From sequence record MZ681930.1: a DNA stretch of 64,000 nt; one strand, given 5' to 3'. Source of the stretch: Enterobacteria phage phiC600P9. A model generated the notes under the pieces. The model ran no database searches, had not been told where the DNA came from, and was given only the letters and a program-made list of their open reading frames with translations. This document shows, in pieces, positions 57,429 through 64,000 of this stretch (position 1 is its first letter; every line of letters begins with the position of its first letter). Made by a program: the position numbers and the translations under genes.

Positions 57429-57772
57429 CTAGTACTCAATCCTCGATTATAAGAATCTACCAAACGGTCAACCATTGAATGACAAGCGGCTTTATCTTTC
57501 TCCTCCGCAACTGAACATTCTAAAGTATTCCACTTTTTAGCATATCGTTTTAATAATGTATCGTTTTTGTATCTGCTTGATTTATCTCTTTCTCCGTCTT
57601 TATATGCATATATTAATTTCTGCGCAAATTCAGCTTGGCATGCTTTATTTTTCCCACAATAATCTGCCGCAGTGCGATTTACATATTCTCTAATTTCAGT
57701 ATATGATGTATCTGCTGACGCAGAAGCAGAAAATGAAATTAATCCTATACATAAAACCAAAATTTTAGTCAT
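57425..57772 (-). CDS. vs: Vs-like protein (T4 valyl-tRNA synthetase modifier position), secreted
   Basis: 115-aa ORF, T4 Vs length, with N-terminal signal peptide. Confidence 0.5.
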   Translation of the reverse strand: MTKILVLCIGLISFSASASADTSYTEIREYVNRTAADYCGKNKACQAEFAQKLIYAYKDGERDKSSRYKNDTLLKRYAKKWNTLECSVAEEKDKAACHSMVDRLVDSYNRGLSTR

Positions 57773-58310
57773 TTACTATTTCCAAAAGTTTATTATTTTT
57801 AAGGTAATTAGCCTTTTCTAGGACTTCAGAAGCATATTTAGAACCAGCTTTAACATTCCATCCCGAATTATAAGAGGATATTGCTTTTCTTATATCGCCC
57901 TTATGTATATTTAACCAATAAGAAAGTTCAATGTACGCCCAGGAAGCTGAATTGGATCGTTTATTCAACATTCTTTTTATTTCAGCATCGGTCATATTAT
58001 AACCAAGTTCCTTAACTCTCGCTCGCATAGTAGGCAAATAATTTTGGAACATTCCGTAGGCGTGATGCTTTGGTTTAGATTTTAAATTAACTCCGGCAGA
58101 GCTTTCTTGCCATAAAATAGCAGCCATTATATGACCTAATCCGCTTTTGTGGATATTTTTATGTGTTTTATATTTTCCATCCTTAGAAAATTGTTCCCCG
58201 AATTGATACGCGTAACGCATGTTATCGAGTTGGACATTACTGAAAGTATGCTCGGAGCTATGTGCCATCATAGAAATGGCCAATAGACCAGCGAGTAGTG
58301 CTTTTCTCAT
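57765..58310 (-). CDS. secreted lytic-transglycosylase-like protein (SLT domain)
   Basis: 181-aa ORF with signal peptide and SLT motifs (ILWQESSAG, YGMFQ, SYNSG). Confidence 0.55.
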   Translation of the reverse strand: MRKALLAGLLAISMMAHSSEHTFSNVQLDNMRYAYQFGEQFSKDGKYKTHKNIHKSGLGHIMAAILWQESSAGVNLKSKPKHHAYGMFQNYLPTMRARVKELGYNMTDAEIKRMLNKRSNSASWAYIELSYWLNIHKGDIRKAISSYNSGWNVKAGSKYASEVLEKANYLKNNKLLEIVND

Positions 58311-58317
58311 GCTTACC

Positions 58318-58779
58318 TCATTGAGTTTTAATTACTGCTTTAGAAGCCTTTCCAGGTAAACGACGACTGTTGATAATTGCCATCCTGCATTGAAGCGACG
58401 GGTCTTTGAACTTCGCATTAGGTTTACAAACTGTAAATCCAAGCCAAAGATTTCCATCTGTGATTTCTAAACGCCCAGGACGATATTCAACCCCATCAAT
58501 AAAATCCTCATCAATGTCAGGACGCGGAGGCATACTCAGGAATTCATTAACTTCTAAAACATGGTCTTTTATTTTATGGAATAATTCAAAAACATATGTC
58601 TCATCAATCTCCCGTTGAATTGCACGATCAAGAAGATGCTGAGAATATTTTAGATGAAACGATGAGACCCCTGCTGCTTTTGATGCCTCACGAATCTCAT
58701 TGTTAATTTGACGAAACTCCGACTCAAAGTGACGACGAAGCTTATTTCGTCGGATAAAAACTTCTGTGTTGATAGTCAT
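58318..58779 (-). CDS. regB: site-specific endoribonuclease RegB
   Basis: 153-aa ORF, T4 RegB length and position. Confidence 0.75.
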   Translation of the reverse strand: MTINTEVFIRRNKLRRHFESEFRQINNEIREASKAAGVSSFHLKYSQHLLDRAIQREIDETYVFELFHKIKDHVLEVNEFLSMPPRPDIDEDFIDGVEYRPGRLEITDGNLWLGFTVCKPNAKFKDPSLQCRMAIINSRRLPGKASKAVIKTQ

Positions 58780-58806
58780 GTTATTCTCCTCTTAACTGAT
58801 AGAAAA

Positions 58807-58836
58807 ATTATACCACAGTCAAGAGGAAAAGTAAAC
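58807..58836 (-). promoter_or_regulatory. early promoter (GTTTAC-N18-TGGTATAAT) for regB
   Basis: plus strand attataccacagtcaagaggaaaagtaaac. Confidence 0.55.
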
Positions 58837-58838
58837 AA

Positions 58839-59159
58839 TTATTCTTTAAATCTAATCAATTTATTCATAGACTTTGAAACTTCTGCACGAACCTCATGTA
58901 GGTTTTTGAGCTGTTCAAGACGCTGCTCATAGTAAGCAATTTCATCTTCTTCGAGACAGTCCTGCGAATCTTCTTTAAGATAACGTGCATAGTCCTGGAA
59001 AGCTTTACGGACTACTTCCTGGAAGTCATCAAGACTTTGAATTTTCTTAGGAGCAACAGATACACGACGAGGGGCAGTATAATACTCATAACCAAACCCT
59101 GCGCTTAATTGAGCCATTAATATTTTTCCTCTGGTTGGAACACAGCACGACAAGCCCAC
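58839..59159 (-). CDS. hypothetical protein
   Basis: 106-aa ORF. Confidence 0.5.
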   Translation of the reverse strand: MGLSCCVPTRGKILMAQLSAGFGYEYYTAPRRVSVAPKKIQSLDDFQEVVRKAFQDYARYLKEDSQDCLEEDEIAYYEQRLEQLKNLHEVRAEVSKSMNKLIRFKE

Positions 59160-59419
59160 ATACTGGCTTCTTTGAGTTTCGTTTTAGCAATAGTTAACTG
59201 ATCGAGGCTTTCAGCATAATTCTTCGCGAATTCACAGTCTTCACAATTATCTAGTGCTTCCCAAAATTCATCGTATAAAGCATCAAAGATAAGTCCTAAA
59301 CGAACTTCAGCGTCTTTGATAGCATTCACTTTACCGATTTTCTCTTCAGTGTGCGGCTTATAACCCTTAATATCTTCAATCATATTTGACTTCCTCACCA
59401 GTACATAAATCATATTCAA
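59117..59419 (-). CDS. hypothetical protein
   Basis: 100-aa ORF. Confidence 0.5.
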   Translation of the reverse strand: MNMIYVLVRKSNMIEDIKGYKPHTEEKIGKVNAIKDAEVRLGLIFDALYDEFWEALDNCEDCEFAKNYAESLDQLTIAKTKLKEASMWACRAVFQPEEKY

Positions 59420-59597
59420 CTAAACGAATAGGTTCATGAATGCCATATCCCTGAACAGAAATTTCTGTCGTGGGATAAATTCCATCAATATCGCCCATAT
59501 TCCACGCTTCATTAAATTGCTGTTCGCCTGAATTACTAAACCATTCGGCGAAAGCATTTAGCACATCTTCAGAACCTTCAATAATTATCTTTGCCAT
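59376..59597 (-). CDS. small hypothetical protein
   Basis: 73-aa ORF coupled to the GrcA-like gene. Confidence 0.45.
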   Translation of the reverse strand: MAKIIIEGSEDVLNAFAEWFSNSGEQQFNEAWNMGDIDGIYPTTEISVQGYGIHEPIRLVEYDLCTGEEVKYD

Positions 59598-59971
59598 TAC
59601 AAACTCTCGGTAAAGGTACGAGCGATAACGTCGCGCTGCTGTTCCGGAGTCAGAGAGTTAAAGCGAACTGCATAACCGGATACACGGATGGTCAGCTGCG
59701 GATATTTTTCCGGATGCTTAACTGCATCTTCCAGAGTTTCGCGACGCAGAACGTTAACGTTCAGGTGTTGACCACCTTCAATTTTAACTGTAGGCTGTTG
59801 CTCAATTTCAATTTCACGGGCATGCAAACCATAGAAAATTTCTGGGTCTACAAAAGAGTCCTCTTTAAAGGTTTTAGATACAATAATTCGTGCTTGAATA
59901 CCATCTTCAAAATAAATAGTACCTTTATGTGTGCCTTCAAGAATTTGATATGCTTTCATATAACCTCTCAA
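59597..59971 (-). CDS. autonomous glycyl radical cofactor (GrcA/YfiD-like)
   Basis: 124-aa ORF; C-terminal ~60 aa near-identical to E. coli GrcA including glycyl-radical motif RVSGYAV; this DNA is markedly GC-richer than its surroundings. Confidence 0.85.
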   Translation of the reverse strand: MRGYMKAYQILEGTHKGTIYFEDGIQARIIVSKTFKEDSFVDPEIFYGLHAREIEIEQQPTVKIEGGQHLNVNVLRRETLEDAVKHPEKYPQLTIRVSGYAVRFNSLTPEQQRDVIARTFTESL

Positions 59972-60297
59972 TTAGAAAATAAATTTATCCAAGATTGTTC
60001 TTTAATTAAAAATGGCTCAGAATCATATGCCATTAAACTCTGTGTGATTAGTCCTTTAAAAGGCCCATCAATAAATTCCATGGTAAAATATGGAATTTTA
60101 TTCATTAGCCGTGCATTAGGAGCAGTGCACAAAACTCTGCATCCTTTGAATACGCCTTTTTGTAATTTGTATTGCTTAGGATAAAATTCGCTTAAAATGT
60201 TATTTTTTGCCAAAATTTCAAAATGATTCACCAATTTATTTTTAATAGTTTTTGGTGAAAAATAAAGATATTCGAAAAGCTGAGTGTCTGTCATCAT
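59968..60297 (-). CDS. hypothetical protein (start revised to the Met overlapping the upstream stop)
   Basis: track ORF 59968..60348; ATGA-coupled start [10 protein letters not shown] at about 60297 is more likely. Confidence 0.45.
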   Translation of the reverse strand: MMTDTQLFEYLYFSPKTIKNKLVNHFEILAKNNILSEFYPKQYKLQKGVFKGCRVLCTAPNARLMNKIPYFTMEFIDGPFKGLITQSLMAYDSEPFLIKEQSWINLFSN

Positions 60298-60833
60298 TGC
60301 ATTCCGATTACGAAAAACTGTGGACGAGTAATACCACCAATACAACATTTAATATTACAGCAGCAGTGTACAGTGTCAATATGGACACTATAAATCTTAT
60401 CCATATCAGGAGATTTGACAGGCTCATCAATTATATACAAAATTCGCGAAAGCTTTAAACCTCTGAACTTGCTTCCTTTATTACCGATAAAACTGCGCAC
60501 AGAATCAGTAAATAAACGAAAACGTATATCATCATTAGAATAACGCGAAAATTCCTTTTTGATGCTATTTGCAGAAATTTTAGCGTAAGCTGAAGTATTA
60601 GAAAGAACAATAACTGTTCCACCGTCATACAACCAATTAGCGGCAAAATTAGTTACTGCAGTTGATTTACCGGATTGACGTCCACCATCTAGTCGAAGTG
60701 TGCAATACTGCTTAAGTAAGTCTTCAAATGGTGGGATATAATCGTTTTTACAAATTTCTTCTACTCTAGCATCAGAATAGTGTGTAAAAGCATTCATCAG
60801 GGATAGATAAGGACCAGTTAAAAATGTTCTCAT
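60294..60833 (-). CDS. P-loop NTPase with Cys-rich C-terminus
   Basis: 179-aa ORF; Walker A GGRQSGKST, Walker B-like ILYIIDE, tail HCCCNIKCC. Confidence 0.5.
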   Translation of the reverse strand: MRTFLTGPYLSLMNAFTHYSDARVEEICKNDYIPPFEDLLKQYCTLRLDGGRQSGKSTAVTNFAANWLYDGGTVIVLSNTSAYAKISANSIKKEFSRYSNDDIRFRLFTDSVRSFIGNKGSKFRGLKLSRILYIIDEPVKSPDMDKIYSVHIDTVHCCCNIKCCIGGITRPQFFVIGMQ

Positions 60834-60972
60834 TTCTTCTCTCTAAGTTTGGGCCATTCCGTGGCGCATGAATTGTCCATTTCTGTATTTACCCATTACC
60901 GCACTTGGGCTCGACCTTATTACAGTTGGCGGGAATCCCTCACAGAATCATGAGGTCCAGGTTGTTCCCATA

Positions 60973-61446
60973 TTATTTGAACGATTTAACGTACTGAATA
61001 GAACCTTTACTATTCACGAAAGCGATTTTACCATTTTTATTATACATGGTAGCAGTACGCTGATAGCCATAAGTTTGCTTACCAGATTGATAACCAACTA
61101 ATGCAAAATTATCTTCACCCATTTTATTCTGTTTAGCGCGAATGCGTTCATGACCATGTGCCATAAGAACCTTAGCATCACCAGTTGCAATGGATCGACG
61201 AGTTTTTTCATCTTCAACTGTATTAACAAAGTCGTCAAATGAATCAAATTTAGCATGAGATTTATTATACAGTTTTCCATCTACTGCATAATTATATCCC
61301 TGTACATCCATCTCAACTTCTGTACCATCATCCAATACAGCAGTGATTTTCTGTCCTTTTTTAAATTTCAAAAGATCAGTAAAAGATTCAGCAATAATTT
61401 GAGAATTAATAGCTGCTTCAGTAATAAATTCTTGATATGTTTTCAT
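60973..61446 (-). CDS. internal (capsid-packaged) protein with capsid targeting sequence
   Basis: 157-aa ORF beginning MKTYQEFITE, the T4 IP targeting-sequence signature; at the ipII/ipIII locus next to e. Confidence 0.7.
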   Translation of the reverse strand: MKTYQEFITEAAINSQIIAESFTDLLKFKKGQKITAVLDDGTEVEMDVQGYNYAVDGKLYNKSHAKFDSFDDFVNTVEDEKTRRSIATGDAKVLMAHGHERIRAKQNKMGEDNFALVGYQSGKQTYGYQRTATMYNKNGKIAFVNSKGSIQYVKSFK

Positions 61447-61462
61447 GTGTATCCTTTAATTT

Positions 61463-61780
61463 TTATTCTTTAGGGAAGTTTTTAGAATATGCATCATAAA
61501 GCTTATTTCCAATACGGCGGAAAACTCTAGCCGCAAAACGATTTTCTGGGTTTTTAATCATGATTTGCATCATATAAGTACCCGCGTCAGAAAGAGCTTC
61601 TTCATAGTACCCGTTAATTTCTTTAAGAGTCCTACGTTTACCACCAGGACCATCAACAGTGATTTTCCATTTACCTGTAGAAGTGCGACTTGGCGGCTCA
61701 ACTTGTTCAATCCAGATATAACCGCCTTCTACACGTTGTCCTGCAGCAGATTCTGCAATAAATTCTTTATAGGTTTTCAT
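61463..61780 (-). CDS. internal (capsid-packaged) protein with capsid targeting sequence
   Basis: 105-aa ORF beginning MKTYKEFIAE. Confidence 0.7.
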   Translation of the reverse strand: MKTYKEFIAESAAGQRVEGGYIWIEQVEPPSRTSTGKWKITVDGPGGKRRTLKEINGYYEEALSDAGTYMMQIMIKNPENRFAARVFRRIGNKLYDAYSKNFPKE

Positions 61781-61851
61781 GTGTTTCCTTTAAATATTTT
61801 AATTAGTAATTGTGAATATACTATCACAGTTTTAGGAGAAAGTAAACAACT

Positions 61852-62382
<531 letters not shown>

Positions 62383-62838
62383 TTAAAAGAGGTTGTTCAT
62401 TATTCGGTAAAGTGAAGGACCCATCACATATTGCCACTGAGTACGAGGAATAAGAGCAAAAGCGTCCATCTCTGGAATCATAACACCATCTTTATTTTCA
62501 AAATAAGACTCACAATGGCAATTTCTAAACATCTCATGCTCTACTGGAATCGTATAATAAAATAACTGTAAGTCTTTATTACTAGAATATTTAAATACAC
62601 CTAGGTCTTCTAGAAGGTCTGGATTATAATTGCTAAAACCGGTCTCTTCTAAACATTCTCTTCGTGCTGCATCTAGTGCGCTTAAATCAGAATTTTCTAC
62701 ACGCCCCTTTGGAATATCCCAGCGATGTGCCATCATTCCATGCTTACGAGAACCAGTAACCCGACCCATAAATAAATCTTTATCTTCTGTCATGAAGATA
62801 ATACCAGCTGATAATGTTTTCATTTTAATTTCCTGCAT
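62383..62838 (-). CDS. nudE: Nudix hydrolase NudE (e.1)
   Basis: 151-aa ORF with Nudix box GRVENSDLSALDAARRECLEETG. Confidence 0.85.
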   Translation of the reverse strand: MQEIKMKTLSAGIIFMTEDKDLFMGRVTGSRKHGMMAHRWDIPKGRVENSDLSALDAARRECLEETGFSNYNPDLLEDLGVFKYSSNKDLQLFYYTIPVEHEMFRNCHCESYFENKDGVMIPEMDAFALIPRTQWQYVMGPSLYRIMNNLF

Positions 62839-63308
62839 TCAGTGATAAAGTTATTTAAATTTTGAGTATATTTCTTTTCATCATAAATCTTTTGCTGTCT
62901 GCGTAAACGCCATGGCATTTCAATGAACATGCGCCATATTCCTGATAATACTGCTGCTGTAAAAATATTAACAAGTATAGTTAAAAGAACCCAATCTCCT
63001 ATTCTGTCCATTGGATTTTTTATAAAAAAGTAAAATACTAACGATGATATAGGAAGACTAATGATATACCACAGAAGAACCTTCTTATCTGTGAACCAAT
63101 CAGCATTCGTTAACTTAGCGCGACCATTTTGAATACACACGAATTTATCATCTGTTACAGTAAATGGCTTAGCTGCTTGATATCCCATTCTAAACTCCCT
63201 AATCAACAAATTTTTCATATCTTCGGAACAACCATTCCAGTCAACTCTATCAACTGGAATGCCATCATCCCCATCGTCTAAGTCATACCAGCGAGTTTTT
63301 AAAATCAT
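62820..63308 (-). CDS. membrane-associated hypothetical protein (e.2-like)
   Basis: 162-aa ORF with hydrophobic segments. Confidence 0.5.
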   Translation of the reverse strand: MILKTRWYDLDDGDDGIPVDRVDWNGCSEDMKNLLIREFRMGYQAAKPFTVTDDKFVCIQNGRAKLTNADWFTDKKVLLWYIISLPISSLVFYFFIKNPMDRIGDWVLLTILVNIFTAAVLSGIWRMFIEMPWRLRRQQKIYDEKKYTQNLNNFITECRKLK

Positions 63309-63667
63309 TTAATTTTCCTACAATCACTCACAAACTCTTTCACTGATTCATTTTCAATATAAGACATGTAGTTGTTATATTCTTTTAATTGTATTTTGTA
63401 ATCATTTTTTCTTTGCCAATTTATTTTAAAATTATCATAATGAAAATATAAAATGATACCAAAGAATGAAAATAATGAAATAATTTTAGTATAACAAAGC
63501 TCACTCCAAACTTCTGTTATATTTACTGTGCCGTTGATGTTTAAAATAAGACAGTCAATTAACAATCCAAAAAGACTACCCGCAAGAGCTGCAGCCAACG
63601 CCACAGCAAAAATTAAAAATGACTCAGAAAACGAATATTTGACTTTATTTAGTTTTGGCTTTTGCAT
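63305..63667 (-). CDS. membrane protein (e.3-like)
   Basis: 120-aa ORF with two TM segments. Confidence 0.5.
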   Translation of the reverse strand: MQKPKLNKVKYSFSESFLIFAVALAAALAGSLFGLLIDCLILNINGTVNITEVWSELCYTKIISLFSFFGIILYFHYDNFKINWQRKNDYKIQLKEYNNYMSYIENESVKEFVSDCRKIK

Positions 63668-63966
63668 CGTGATTCCTTAACAAATTTCATAATTTCATCA
63701 AATTCATACGCGGCAAGTTTAAGCTGATGTTCCTTTTTAATCTTTTTACACTGTGCTTTCCAATCACGTACGCGTTTACGATAATGCCTTCCTTGATACC
63801 AGTATCCTACCCAATTTACAGGTACTAATAAAAATGGAACTATTAATGGAAGAATTAGCATTAACACAAGTATTTCGCCAGAATCAATATCAGTCATAAC
63901 ATCTAAAACACCTCCAATAATCAATAGAATTACAAATGATATGAGTATAACAGGACCTATTAACAC
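63649..63966 (-). CDS. membrane protein (e.4-like)
   Basis: 105-aa ORF with two TM segments. Confidence 0.5.
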   Translation of the reverse strand: MLIGPVILISFVILLIIGGVLDVMTDIDSGEILVLMLILPLIVPFLLVPVNWVGYWYQGRHYRKRVRDWKAQCKKIKKEHQLKLAAYEFDEIMKFVKESRCKSQN

Positions 63967-64000
63967 ATCAGTAGGAATTATCTGGCGCTTTAATTCATAC

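Overview
This window is the early/middle gene region of a T-even (T4-like, Tequatrovirus) coliphage, running from the rIIA stop codon (position 1) to the e.x ORFs downstream of lysozyme. Almost every gene is on the minus strand and tightly packed, with frequent ATGA-type stop/start overlaps. Recognised genes, by protein length and motifs recalled from T4, are: rIIA, topoisomerase 39, motB, dexA, dda, srd, modA/modB, soc, 56, primase 61, helicase 41, 40, uvsX, a glycosyltransferase, 42, imm, DNA polymerase 43, regA, 62/44/45, rpbA, 46/47, alpha-gt, 55, nrdH/G/D, endonuclease VII (49), nrdC, rI, tk, vs, regB, two internal-protein genes, lysozyme e and nudE. Several markers point to a T2/T6-type rather than T4-type genome: gene 39 is uninterrupted (606 aa, no gene 60 split), a 282-aa GT-A glycosyltransferase sits where T4 has beta-gt, nrdD has no intron, and no dam, segF/69 or denV homolog is visible. 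Intergenic DNA carries repeated T4-style early promoters (GTTTAC-N17/18-TGGTAYWAT on the minus strand), MotA-box middle promoters, TATAAATA late promoters and many GC-rich UUCG-type hairpins. No rRNA, tRNA, CRISPR array or transposon was seen. I found no compelling evidence for a wholly new multi-gene system; the most interesting candidates are in accessory islands: the small-ORF island between 61 and 41, a macro-domain protein, a Pol-beta-type nucleotidyltransferase, a host-derived GrcA-like glycyl-radical gene, a GIY-YIG-like ORF, and a P-loop protein at the denV locus. All identifications are from memory and motif reading, with no database search; coordinates of hand-called small ORFs and regulatory sites are approximate (about +/-2 nt).
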